Source of the DNA: a virus | Strand: one strand, 5' to 3' | Length of the DNA: 64,000 bases | Virus record (IMG/VR): IMGVR_UViG_3300011441_000007 | Shown here: positions 54,601 to 63,398 of the stretch, one piece after another | Layout of the letters: every line of letters begins with the position of its first letter | Numbering within the stretch: the stretch's first letter is position 1 | Program-made: the position numbers and the translations under genes | Notes under the pieces: model-generated | What the model was told of the DNA's origin: nothing | Databases searched by the model: none | What the model saw: only the letters and a program-made list of their open reading frames with translations

Positions 54601-55164
54601 TCAATTTGTGTGGTTTTCCTTTTGCCATCGGTTGATGATCATTTCTCTGAACTTTGACCAATCATACTTGATAAACGGCGCATACTTCTTGAGACGCGAC
54701 ATATAGAGAGGATTGTTCAGATTGAGATTATAATACTCCCAAATCTGTAGCTTGTCAACTAGAATTGTTATTGTTTCGGGAGAAATTTCTTTTCGTGTAT
54801 AGAGTTCTTGAATATATGGCAATCTTCCACCAGATGGTTGAAAATTGGTATCTAAATCTTGTTGTAGTTTACCCAAATCTTCTTTGAATACATAGGCCAA
54901 GGATTGTTGCCGGCGCTGCCAATCCAAATATCTATCTTCCGTCATATCTCTTATCCAACGGTCCTTATCAATGAGATTCGCTAGAAGAAAATTATGTGGG
55001 TCTTTATGCTTGGAAAGTTTTTGAAATGTGAATTTTTCTGGTCGCTTCTCAAATGAGGATGGGGATGCATTTATCTTTCCATTGTATTTAAAATAATCGT
55101 AAGCCTCATGATTGAAGTGTTGTTTCAAAGCGAGATAATCAACATATATCTCAAAGGAGTTCAT
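54601..55164 (-). CDS. helicase loader gp59
   Basis: YDYFKYNGKINASPSSFEKRPEKFTFQKLSKHKD parallels T4 gp59 (YDVIKYNWCMRVSDAAYQKRRDKYFFQKLSEKYK). Adjacent to gene 32 as in T4. Confidence 0.6.
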   Translation of the reverse strand: MNSFEIYVDYLALKQHFNHEAYDYFKYNGKINASPSSFEKRPEKFTFQKLSKHKDPHNFLLANLIDKDRWIRDMTEDRYLDWQRRQQSLAYVFKEDLGKLQQDLDTNFQPSGGRLPYIQELYTRKEISPETITILVDKLQIWEYYNLNLNNPLYMSRLKKYAPFIKYDWSKFREMIINRWQKENHTN

Positions 55165-55601
55165 AGTTCTAGCCGAACTTTCCCTTTTTTTATGAGTTTA
55201 GCGATTTCAGGAAACGGCACACTGGTATCGTTTGCATCAACTAGGCTGAATAATGCCTCATTATCATCGCTTGTATTTACTATTGATAAAATCAGCATAC
55301 CATTGTTATCAGCAAATCCAAGCCACTTCCTTACTTCATATGGTAACACTCCGGTAAGCTTTTGACCATTGGAGCCAATGTAATAATAAACGCCGCTAGT
55401 AGTATCCTTTCTCTTTCCGAGGTTAATTCCGTTCTCCATTGCCAATTCACAGGCAACTCCTAAACAGCAATAATACATAGTTTTTTCTTCTTCATAACAC
55501 AGGTATCTTCTACCTTGTTTGAATCTATTTGATTCCAAAGCATCAGCTAACAGTTTACGATTAGCTGCTGTTTCTTTCTTTGTATATTCTGTTCTGTTCA
55601 T
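55161..55601 (-). CDS. diverged member of the KxHW...CxxGA family (paralog 4)
   Basis: RYLCYEEEKTMYYCCLGVACELA and a C-terminal SDDNEALFSLVDA echo the family motifs. Confidence 0.35.
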   Translation of the reverse strand: MNRTEYTKKETAANRKLLADALESNRFKQGRRYLCYEEEKTMYYCCLGVACELAMENGINLGKRKDTTSGVYYYIGSNGQKLTGVLPYEVRKWLGFADNNGMLILSIVNTSDDNEALFSLVDANDTSVPFPEIAKLIKKGKVRLEL

Positions 55602-56005
55602 GTGTTTGTTTCATCCCATGGACGCGGATAGTTGTTGATATAGGCAAAGGCTTCCACATTTTCTGGCATATGCTCTATATGCCCGCGAGCAAACGCCACA
55701 TAACCTACCCAAGGTTGTTCATTTCTGATTAACGTTCTGACGAATTTGTTCATGCTGGCGCCTGTGGTCCAAACATCATCCACAATCAGCCATGTGGGTG
55801 CCCCAACGGTCACATAAGGCAAGAAAGCATCCCGCAGAGCCCAGCCGCCTGAAGGAACGCCATAGACCTGTCCAAACGCCCCAATCTTCACATGAGACGT
55901 ATGAGCGATGCAATCCCAATCCTCTTTTGTGAGGGCATCACACTCTATCTTCCAATCCAGCAACAAGCCGGCAGCGGAAGTGAATTGTCCAAGTTTGAAA
56001 AGCAT
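55598..56005 (-). CDS. phosphoribosyltransferase (type I PRTase) domain protein
   Basis: The PRPP-binding motif TWLIVDDVWTTGASM matches VLIVDDVLTTGGT. Confidence 0.55.
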   Translation of the reverse strand: MLFKLGQFTSAAGLLLDWKIECDALTKEDWDCIAHTSHVKIGAFGQVYGVPSGGWALRDAFLPYVTVGAPTWLIVDDVWTTGASMNKFVRTLIRNEQPWVGYVAFARGHIEHMPENVEAFAYINNYPRPWDETNT

Positions 56006-56235
56006 CAGTCTTCCTCTATTTCAACAAGACCAGTTAGATTCACCGCATAACAAGGTAACAGAATGCCGCCAAGTCCAGGTGCACAACAATGGATTTCTTG
56101 TTGAGGATAATCGCTTATTACTTTATGAATAAATGTGGCGCGGCGGCCATGACTATTACACCACCAAAGCTCTCCAGATTCATCGCGCCAATATTTTACT
56201 TCTGGAGGATGGCGATTATTATCATCCATCAGCAA
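56005..56235 (-). CDS. hypothetical small Cys-containing protein
   Basis: 76-aa ORF. Confidence 0.3.
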   Translation of the reverse strand: MLMDDNNRHPPEVKYWRDESGELWWCNSHGRRATFIHKVISDYPQQEIHCCAPGLGGILLPCYAVNLTGLVEIEED

Positions 56236-56549
56236 GCCTTACAAGCAGCTTCATAATATTCATTTTTATAAATTTTCAAAGATGATCCATCAAGACTTAA
56301 TTCTAATATCATATCCTTATTGCGAACTTTGATAGATTGTTGTTCATGAATATTTATTAAACATATATCATTCTTGTATTTCAAACAATCATCTATTTCT
56401 TTTTTTCTTTGTTCCTCAGTTTCAATTTGTTTAGAATAACCTCCACCATTTAAAGAAATAAGACTTACGCTCACCCAAAAAGGTAATGTAGCTGTGCGCA
56501 TATAAGAGCGAGCCGTCAGAGCATCAGTGAAAGGACCATATGATTTCAT
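56229..56549 (-). CDS. hypothetical protein
   Basis: 106-aa ORF. Confidence 0.35.
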   Translation of the reverse strand: MKSYGPFTDALTARSYMRTATLPFWVSVSLISLNGGGYSKQIETEEQRKKEIDDCLKYKNDICLINIHEQQSIKVRNKDMILELSLDGSSLKIYKNEYYEAACKAC

Positions 56550-56800
56550 ATCGGGAGCCTGCTTGTTTTCTTCTTGATGAGGTTTAGGTTTTCAGCCTCT
56601 ATTTCCAACTGCGATTTGATCACATCGTTCTTACTCACGATTTCCGCCAAAACCTCAATCTCAATACCTGACACTTGAGCATAGTGCACAATACCATCAA
56701 TGTAAGAAATACCATTGGCCTTCACCAATTTTTCTATTTCTTTGATTACATTATTAGAGAGATTAAATCTATCTAAATCAACATCACTTTTCACTTTCAA
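56546..56800 (-). CDS. hypothetical small protein
   Basis: 84-aa ORF. Confidence 0.3.
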   Translation of the reverse strand: MKVKSDVDLDRFNLSNNVIKEIEKLVKANGISYIDGIVHYAQVSGIEIEVLAEIVSKNDVIKSQLEIEAENLNLIKKKTSRLPI

Positions 56801-57254
56801 ATCTTTCTAAAGCTATCAACGCTTCTTCAACTGAAGGAAAACACCCAATATGTATTTGTTTTTTGTTTACTGTTTTTTGAACCCGAAATGTGCGAGTGCT
56901 GCCACATACCGGATGAATATTGGAAGGTAGCTTGCATTTTCGTCTTGATACCTTTCGATTCTCATTTTGGGCAGACTTGGTTACTTCTCGCAAGTTATCC
57001 CATCTGTTATCGTCCGGTATGCGATTTTTATGATCTATTTCATATCCTAATTTTGGCCAACTTCCAGTCATCCAAAACCAAATGATATTAGCTTCCTGGT
57101 GCTGTTTTCCGTTCCATCTGACATAACGATATCCGGTTTGTTTATGGCGAAACCCAGCCCTATCACCAGCTTTTATTCTTCCGCCAGCATTTCTAATCCA
57201 ATATAATTTACCATTATCTGGATTATATGTCAACCATTCTTTTATATTCTTCAT
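56784..57254 (-). mobile_element. free-standing HNH homing endonuclease with AP2-like DNA-binding domain
   Basis: GKLYWIRNAGGRIKAGDRAG...GYRYVRWNGKQHQEANIIWFWMTG is AP2-like. YEIDHKNRIPDDNRWDNLREVT is the HNH motif (HNH_3). The arrangement is typical of T4-family Mob-type endonucleases. Confidence 0.65.
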
Positions 57255-57595
57255 TTATCTATAAGCATAAGCTCCATGTCTACTTCCGAAATAATATCTT
57301 GAGCGTTAGGCTGCACTCCATAAAACAGAGCGAGTGCAACACAAAACTCCTTATAAATTTGTGGGCGTGTTGCACTTCGGCGCGGTGCTTTTTCATACCG
57401 CTCAACAAAAGTGTCTTTCAGAAGTTGCAGCTTATCTAGCCACACTTTATGTTGGCCGATTGTTGTGGATCGTTGTTCCATTAGTGACATTTGGTTTTCT
57501 CTTCCCCTTTTATTCTTCAAGAAGACATTCAATAGATGCCTTGAGAGATTCAAGGTCGCCTTGTGCTTCCTCAATCCCATCCTTGGTATCATCAT
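57251..57595 (-). CDS. hypothetical protein
   Basis: 114-aa ORF. Start uncertain. Confidence 0.3.
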   Translation of the reverse strand: MMIPRMGLRKHKATLNLSRHLLNVFLKNKRGRENQMSLMEQRSTTIGQHKVWLDKLQLLKDTFVERYEKAPRRSATRPQIYKEFCVALALFYGVQPNAQDIISEVDMELMLIDK

Positions 57596-57740
57596 CCTCT
57601 ACTTCATCAAGATTGATGGTTTCAAGTTTTTCAAACGCCTGTTGTAGAAGAGCTTGCGTTTCCTTGACGATCTTAGTTTGGTCTTCATTCATTGGCTTTC
57701 CCCTTTCAGATACCACCATGATAGTGTCTGACTTCATCAA
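57510..57740 (-). CDS. small acidic protein
   Basis: 76-aa ORF rich in D/E (EVEDDDTKDGIEEAQGDLESL). Confidence 0.3.
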   Translation of the reverse strand: MMKSDTIMVVSERGKPMNEDQTKIVKETQALLQQAFEKLETINLDEVEDDDTKDGIEEAQGDLESLKASIECLLEE

Positions 57741-58173
57741 AGCCTTCTTCTAAGGTCGGCATTTGGAATTCTGCCAGATAATAATCACGGCTTCGTTTTC
57801 GCTTAGCCAAATTTTCCCTACTATCCCAATAATCCTTTGTCGGATGAGGAAAAACGTATATGGTCTTTCTATATCCAGAATCAATAAACAAATCAAGTAG
57901 AATCTTGCGATCAGTTGAAAAAATATTCAGATCGTCTATGACAATTTTCCGGTTACGACTGATTGCATATTTTATGTCTCTCTCCACTTGCCTTTTAATA
58001 AATGAAGTAAGCTCATCATGGACAACACTAATATCTTCTCCACACATTGTTCCAATTTTTTCCGCAATAGCATGGCCGGAGATATAGTTGTAATCAAATT
58101 GATCAAATGAATTTTCACCAAACTTTGTCTTACCGGAATATGGGATTCCGCACAGAAAATATACTAAAGACAT
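57706..58173 (-). CDS. P-loop NTPase / kinase-like protein
   Basis: Walker A CGIPYSGKT near the N-terminus; 155 aa. Confidence 0.45.
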   Translation of the reverse strand: MSLVYFLCGIPYSGKTKFGENSFDQFDYNYISGHAIAEKIGTMCGEDISVVHDELTSFIKRQVERDIKYAISRNRKIVIDDLNIFSTDRKILLDLFIDSGYRKTIYVFPHPTKDYWDSRENLAKRKRSRDYYLAEFQMPTLEEGFDEVRHYHGGI

Positions 58174-58309
58174 CTATAGTAACTCCATTATGAATATGCA
58201 AAAATATATAAGCTGCAACTAAAGAGATAATAACCAAAACAATAGATATAAGGGTCACAATTATACAAACACCACTAATTTCAAAGACCGGATGATAGAC
58301 CCTTTTCAT
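58130..58309 (-). CDS. small membrane ORF (59 aa) starting 5 nt after the tRNA CCA
   Basis: MKRVYHPVFEISGVCIIVTLISIVLVIISLVAAYIFLH... The GGAG of the tRNA 3' end is positioned like an SD. It overlaps the downstream gene start. Confidence 0.25.
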   Translation of the reverse strand: MKRVYHPVFEISGVCIIVTLISIVLVIISLVAAYIFLHIHNGVTIDVFSIFSVRNPIFR

Positions 58310-58313
58310 GGTT

Positions 58314-58389
58314 TGGCTCCTCAGGTAGGAATCGAACCTACAACCTCCACCTTAACAGGGTGTCTCTCTACCAATTGAGATACTGAGGA
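58314..58389 (-). tRNA. tRNA-Asn (anticodon GTT), CCA encoded
   Basis: Manual fold: acceptor TCCTCAG/CTGAGGA, D-arm TCTC-AATTGGTA-GAGA, anticodon loop CTGTTAA, T-arm GTAGG-TTCGATT-CCTAC, discriminator G, then CCA. One A·G mismatch closes the anticodon stem. Confidence 0.75.
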
Positions 58390-58501
58390 ATACAAAAGGC
58401 TTCCCGCCGAGTGATCAGTTCGGACACCATGTTGATTCATGGCTGACTGTTGGCCTGCTTTAGGCAGAGCAGTTTCGGGAAGAATCCTGATCATTCTCTA
58501 C

Positions 58502-59428
58502 TTAGTTTCCTGCTTGACGACGGGGCACGACTCCTTTTTCATCCACATTCATAAAGGGCACCGTGTTTGACAGCATGGTTGCTGGTAGAGCCCCATTCCA
58601 GTTCAGAGCCTTCGTATACTCTACCAATTGAGCAGCAGCGGCCAGAGCATCGTTCTTGGCTTTGATCGCTGTAGCTTCGGCCTTACCACGCATTTCTATG
58701 GCTTTGGCATCGGCAACTGCCAGAGCCAGTTTTGAGTCAGCTTCACCGTTGGCTTTGGTAACGGCTGTTTCTGCCTTCTTACGCTCTTGCTGTAGTTCTT
58801 GCTCGCGTGTTTCAACATTGGCCTTAGCAGAAGCCGCAGTATCTACTGCTTGTTGGAAGGTTTTGGAATATTCCAGGTTTGGCATCTGAAAATCCGTTAC
58901 CTCAACACCCAGCGTTTTTGCTTCTTCGGCAACGACATTTTTTATCTTATCGCACAATTCGCCGCGATGGGAAGCAACGTTTTGGGTATTTACTTTACCC
59001 ATTTCTCGCTTCAGACGATCCAAAACAATAGCCTGGAGCCGTTGTTTGTAGTCCTGTGCGTTCCGCCAAACGAAAGTGATTCTTTCTTCGTTCTTTGGAA
59101 CACGATAAAAGAGCTTATACCAAACATCCACTTCTTGGTTATCAATAGTAAATGTATTGGCTTTCTCCTTATTGGACATTTCTTGAATGTCGGTTCGGAT
59201 GAAATTCGCAGAGTGCACCCCTGGAATCTTAAAGTGCAATCCAGGTGCCATATTCACACTTTGAATCTGACCTAAACGAGTTAGAACAACAACTTCATAT
59301 TCTTCAATCGTATAGTACGTTGTGAAGAATAGAATTAGACCTAGAACACCAAAAATTCCTGTTAAGACGAGCTTCAACATGTTACCATTCTCCTGTTTTT
59401 CTTCTTTTGGTTTTTTGCGAGGAGGCAT
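58502..59428 (-). CDS. SPFH / Band-7 (prohibitin/HflC-like) membrane protein
   Basis: An N-terminal TM (LKLVLTGIFGVLGLILFF), an SPFH-like core, and a C-terminal Ala/Glu/Lys coiled coil (AKANVETREQELQQERKKAETA...). Moderately GC-rich. Confidence 0.65.
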   Translation of the reverse strand: MPPRKKPKEEKQENGNMLKLVLTGIFGVLGLILFFTTYYTIEEYEVVVLTRLGQIQSVNMAPGLHFKIPGVHSANFIRTDIQEMSNKEKANTFTIDNQEVDVWYKLFYRVPKNEERITFVWRNAQDYKQRLQAIVLDRLKREMGKVNTQNVASHRGELCDKIKNVVAEEAKTLGVEVTDFQMPNLEYSKTFQQAVDTAASAKANVETREQELQQERKKAETAVTKANGEADSKLALAVADAKAIEMRGKAEATAIKAKNDALAAAAQLVEYTKALNWNGALPATMLSNTVPFMNVDEKGVVPRRQAGN

Positions 59429-59528
59429 CTTCTTCTTTCTTAGTTATTCGTTCAAAATCACGGTAGACAAGTATAATAAAAAATGCCAAACAAAGTATAA
59501 ATAAAATAACTGCTAAACCAATCATTCC
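59386..59528 (-). CDS. small TM ORF (47 aa) overlapping the SPFH start
   Basis: MIGLAVILFILCLAFFIILVYRDFERITKKEED... with AAGGAG 6 nt upstream. Confidence 0.3.
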
Positions 59529-59534
59529 ATCTCC

Positions 59535-59816
59535 TTATCCTGTTTCTTTGTTAAATTTGGCTGACACAGCACCATGAAGACCGCTTTCTATGATTTCTTT
59601 TTGCCAAAAATCTGGCATTCTTCCACCATAAGAACGCTTCACCTTGTTGGAGTTTTCATCCCAATCAAATTGCGACCGGGATGATTTCATTAGCACGATG
59701 ACCTCACGGATAGAGAGAGGAGTCAGCGGGGTTCCCATAGGTTGTCCTTTCAGCCTTTGGATTACATAATCTACATCATTTTCTAGGTCTTGTAAAGCAG
59801 TATGTTGATTGCTCAT
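59535..59816 (-). CDS. hypothetical protein
   Basis: 93-aa ORF. Confidence 0.35.
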   Translation of the reverse strand: MSNQHTALQDLENDVDYVIQRLKGQPMGTPLTPLSIREVIVLMKSSRSQFDWDENSNKVKRSYGGRMPDFWQKEIIESGLHGAVSAKFNKETG

Positions 59817-60151
59817 TTATTTCTTTTCTCTCGTTTCTTTCTAGATTCTTCTCCCATTTTCACCCCCATCGCAAATGCTTCTACATCTGTGATTTTATTT
59901 TCAGTGACCTTTCCAAAGAAAGGATGTTCGCAATCAAAGAGTCGTTCAACCCGCTCCCTTGTATCATCAGTATAGTAGCCAGCAAAATATCCAAGATTGG
60001 ATTTCTGAATAGAGATACATTCTTCTCTTGATTTTCCAGATATCTTCACACAATTCTCCACCAACGCCTCAAAATATTGTTTGGCGTCTTCGGGCTCGGT
60101 GATTTTCATTGCCACCATATAGATTTGTTTATTTGGATCAAATGGGGTCAT
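59813..60151 (-). CDS. hypothetical protein
   Basis: 112-aa ORF. Overlaps its neighbour by 4 nt. Confidence 0.35.
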   Translation of the reverse strand: MTPFDPNKQIYMVAMKITEPEDAKQYFEALVENCVKISGKSREECISIQKSNLGYFAGYYTDDTRERVERLFDCEHPFFGKVTENKITDVEAFAMGVKMGEESRKKREKRNK

Positions 60152-60153
60152 TT

Positions 60154-60351
60154 TTATTTCCTCAGAATTTTTTCTTCTGGGGGCATACAGATAGCATCTT
60201 TAATATCTTGAGTTTCAATGCGCCCATTCCATGGATAACTGTCTCTGATTGCATTCGCCGCTTCTTGACATTTATCTTGTGAGAAGAAGTAAATGTGGTG
60301 AGTTTTTGAAGGTGAATGTATCGTTAGACTGATGTATAGTAAGGTCCACAT
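60154..60351 (-). CDS. hypothetical small protein
   Basis: 65-aa ORF. Confidence 0.3.
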   Translation of the reverse strand: MWTLLYISLTIHSPSKTHHIYFFSQDKCQEAANAIRDSYPWNGRIETQDIKDAICMPPEEKILRK

Positions 60352-60369
60352 TTGTTCCCTCCTTTTTTT

Positions 60370-60822
60370 TTAGGTGCAGAAGTTGCCACCACCAGGTCGG
60401 CCCCGGCCGCCTTGCATTCCCCTCTGAGCCACTTTTAAAAAAGAATCTTCATCGTATTCTATAATAACTTTCTGAGCAAGATATATATCCCAACATGGTA
60501 CACCTGGAACAATAGCACAATACTTGTTACCATTATCTATACATTGTATGTTCATACTTACACAGTTTGTATTAATACGATAAATCATTCCTGTTCTGCT
60601 ACCTTTTACAAGAAAATAACAGTATGTTTCAACCGACTTCTGTTGTTCTGGAGTAAGATGTGAAGTTAATAATAGTTTCGCTTTCTTTAGTATTCTTTTT
60701 TGAACGCGATTTGGATTAGATGCATCATAAATCTCAGCTATTATCCAAAAAAGAATACAACCGCATATTATTAAAAGAACGGCGCAACCAAAAATCCGAA
60801 TAGCATAACCAATAAACTCCAT
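60370..60822 (-). CDS. membrane-anchored protein with Gly/Arg-rich C-terminus
   Basis: N-terminal TM (AIRIFGCAVLLIICGCILFWIIAEI). The C-terminus is GMQGGRGRPGGG. Confidence 0.4.
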   Translation of the reverse strand: MEFIGYAIRIFGCAVLLIICGCILFWIIAEIYDASNPNRVQKRILKKAKLLLTSHLTPEQQKSVETYCYFLVKGSRTGMIYRINTNCVSMNIQCIDNGNKYCAIVPGVPCWDIYLAQKVIIEYDEDSFLKVAQRGMQGGRGRPGGGNFCT

Positions 60823-60886
60823 TAGCTACCCAAACGAATATCCCTCCTAGCCTTGTGAGCTAGGAGGGAGTATCCCCTTTCCGTTT

Positions 60887-61853
60887 TTAGTTGCTGCTAC
60901 CTGCTTTTGCCATCTCTGTTGCCAGTGCCATGGCCTTCAACTTCTTGCCTCTGTTGGCACCATACCAGTTGCTATTGAGGCGGGTTTCCGGGTTGCGGCC
61001 GATCACATGATCCAGGGTGAAAGTGACCGCATTGAAAGGTTGCCACCATGTTCCCTCTCCAAGTTCGGCGCCCGGTTGATTGGTGAGCGCCAGCGTGGCC
61101 ATCTCAGCCGCCCTAGAAATCTTCCTCTCGCTCTTCTCAGACACGGGGAAGATGGCATCAAAATAAGCCTTGACTTCCGCGTCTGTGAAACGCTTGCTGG
61201 CAAGGAATGCGGCAACTTCCTTATACTGGTCTGCACGGACATTGGCAAGCCCCATGGCCTCTTGTGCAGCACCCACATCAAAAGGTTTGGAGTGATTGAG
61301 GCGGACTTCATAATCCGCCTTTTCCCGCAAGCCCATCATGATTGTGTTTTCGCAGACAACGCGGGTTGCAATCAAGCGGATATCAACACGCTTACCATAG
61401 ATATGGGGATTAGAGAAGAGTAGATATTTGCGAAAAGTGTCTTTTCCTTTGAGGATAGAAAAATCACCTTCCAATCTGGCCAGCATCCAGATATGGGAGC
61501 CGCCATTCAAGGCGCCGGCCGTATCCATCTTGGCATGGCCTTCCACAACAAAGTCATGAAAAAAGTCGGCCACTGATTGATTTTGAACTGGATTCCATTC
61601 CTTGGAAGTCGTGCAGAATTCTTTCATGTCAGACTTGCGGACCAACGCCTCATCCATAGAGCGAAAGACCTTATCGCTGTTTGGATCGCCATAGAACAGC
61701 GGCATCTTTTCCACTTCCCAATCCAGCCCAGCCGCGATCAGCATTTCTTTGGCTGACAGGTCGTTAGAAACCTTGGTGCCAAGCCGATGCCAAGGCGTCT
61801 CGCCGGCATATGCCATCGCTGCCTTGCCACGGATCATTTCAAGATTGTGTGAC
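60887..61853 (-). CDS. conserved hypothetical protein (possibly DUF932-like phage/plasmid family)
   Basis: Start at MSHNLEM with an AAGGAG RBS. The ORF is open to 62173, but the upstream part looks non-coding. GC-rich. The family assignment is a guess from its size and composition. Confidence 0.35.
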
Positions 61854-62039
61854 ATTTCCAACTCCTTAGTTTGGTGAACGTCTCTGATGTATGAAAGATA
61901 GGGCATATCTAGAGTGAAGTCAAGTGCCTTGTAAAAATAATTTGTAGAACGTTGTTCACGTTCACGGAACGTTTGTTCATTGTTTGTTCCCGTTTTGTTC
62001 TCATCGCACAAAATGTGCCTGTGTGAGTTCCTACTTTGT

Positions 62040-62300
62040 TTAGGGCAGCTTGCTTTGCACGTTTGGGTCGTATTTCGCACTGAACATAAGCTTCGGATAC
62101 CGCGCGAATGGTTTATTATAACATTCAAATATTTTCTCTGTATGATTGTAATGAGCTTTGCCATAGGTAGCAAAGCATCTATCTGTTTGTTCCTGGAGCC
62201 AAATCATTTCTGGATTTTTTGCACAACTTGTTAATAACATTATCGCGCAAAAAATACAAATCCCAATCCAAACGAAAGTCAAAATTTTGAAAGTCATTTT
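62040..62300 (-). CDS. small lipoprotein
   Basis: MTFKILTFVWIGICIFCAIMLLTSC gives a signal peptide with an LTSC lipobox. GAGGAAAT RBS. Confidence 0.45.
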   Translation of the reverse strand, partial: KMTFKILTFVWIGICIFCAIMLLTSCAKNPEMIWLQEQTDRCFATYGKAHYNHTEKIFECYNKPFARYPKLMFSAKYDPNVQSKLP

Positions 62301-62473
62301 ATTTCCTCTCTGCCAATAAATGGTCCACCATAGATACATCTCCCATGAAACTCTTTAGGAGTTTTGGAATCTGCAACATAAATCCAACATTGCCGACAAA
62401 ATTCACATTTACCGCGCTCTATTATAAGTCCATTGTCTGTTCGTTTTTTAGAAGAATTTTGAGATACTTTCAT
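62297..62473 (-). CDS. small Cys-rich (zinc-ribbon-like) ORF
   Basis: A 59-aa ORF with CEFCRQC...C. Its stop overlaps the downstream start (ATGA). Confidence 0.25.
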
Positions 62474-62476
62474 ATA

Positions 62477-62809
62477 TCAAACATTTGACGGTCTTCTTCC
62501 TACAATATCATAAACAGCTTGCATACAATCCACTTTTGGTTCTGGCTTGAAAATACCGCACTGAAACCCTTTAGAATTGCGGTATTTTATACATGCAGTT
62601 ATATTTTCTTGTGTTTTCATTGCAATAATCATCATCGTATCTGTTACCGATGCATAAGCTTGATTATCATCTTCAAATTTATCATATGGTGTAGTTACAC
62701 CACTCCAGCAAGCATAAGGATAGATTGTCTTGATTTTATCCAATATCCAATTATAATTATCCTGATACTTTACATCAGGAACGAACCCAGCTAATGTATT
62801 ATTTACCAT
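62477..62809 (-). CDS. paralog A with conserved C-terminus ...DCMQAVYDIVGRRP
   Basis: 110 aa. The C-terminal 14 aa are nearly identical to those of the next gene. Confidence 0.4.
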   Translation of the reverse strand: MVNNTLAGFVPDVKYQDNYNWILDKIKTIYPYACWSGVTTPYDKFEDDNQAYASVTDTMMIIAMKTQENITACIKYRNSKGFQCGIFKPEPKVDCMQAVYDIVGRRPSNV

Positions 62810-63117
62810 GGACGCCTCCCGATGATATCATAGACGGCTTGCATATAATCCGTCTTTGAGTTAACGAAATCTGGCCAAGATATACCTATAAGATTCTTAT
62901 TCCCCCTACAATGATGATAATCTCTATCGCGGTTCATACTACTTTTATAGGCCCATAAGCGCACACCAACAGCAATATTGGCAGAAATACTAACATCGCC
63001 TGTTTTTCTATCACGATCATCCTGATCACTTAATTCTATCCATAATAAATATGGATATTCCTTCTCATGTTCCTTGAGCCATTGAACGTTTCTTTTATGG
63101 TCTTCTGTCTGTTTCAT
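62803..63117 (-). CDS. paralog B with conserved C-terminus ...DYMQAVYDIIGRRP
   Basis: Start taken at MKQTEDHK. The longer ORF would overlap the membrane protein gene. Confidence 0.4.
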   Translation of the reverse strand: MKQTEDHKRNVQWLKEHEKEYPYLLWIELSDQDDRDRKTGDVSISANIAVGVRLWAYKSSMNRDRDYHHCRGNKNLIGISWPDFVNSKTDYMQAVYDIIGRRPW

Positions 63118-63125
63118 ATTGGTTC

Positions 63126-63398
63126 TCACATGCTGGCAAAAAGATAAACAGAGGCCAACACCACACCTATACCGCCAAGAATGCGTATCGTCCACCACAA
63201 CATTGGAGGAGTTACTAATGCATAAGTAGCAACTCCAGACCAAACCATAATGAAAAACCAATATTCTAATTGTATTCGTTTTCCATATGAAAAGTTTTCA
63301 TTGTAATAGTTACCAAAAACATTGAATAGAAAGCTCCCAAACATAAAACCGAAGACAACTCCAACAGCAATACCATAGATAAAAAGAAACGTGCTCAT
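63126..63398 (-). CDS. small polytopic membrane protein
   Basis: 90 aa with three hydrophobic helices. Confidence 0.45.
   Translation of the reverse strand: MSTFLFIYGIAVGVVFGFMFGSFLFNVFGNYYNENFSYGKRIQLEYWFFIMVWSGVATYALVTPPMLWWTIRILGGIGVVLASVYLFASM

Noticed and set aside
58392-58500. Possible second tRNA upstream of tRNA-Asn
   Set aside because: It has stems (TTCCCG/CGGGAA; CCGA...TCGG) but no canonical 7-nt T-loop (TTCGANT) and no clear anticodon arm. It is more likely a 3' UTR or terminator structure for the SPFH gene. It is left as a note for tRNAscan.
59496-59503. Plus-strand TATAAATA as a late promoter
   Set aside because: All neighbouring genes are on the minus strand, so there is no plus-strand gene for it to drive. 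Probably a chance occurrence in AT-rich DNA, or an antisense signal.
60887-62173. Full 428-aa reading of ORF 60887..62173
   Set aside because: The upstream 100 codons have odd composition and overlap the lipoprotein gene region. A good RBS (AAGGAG) precedes the internal MSHNLEM start, so the shorter CDS is preferred.
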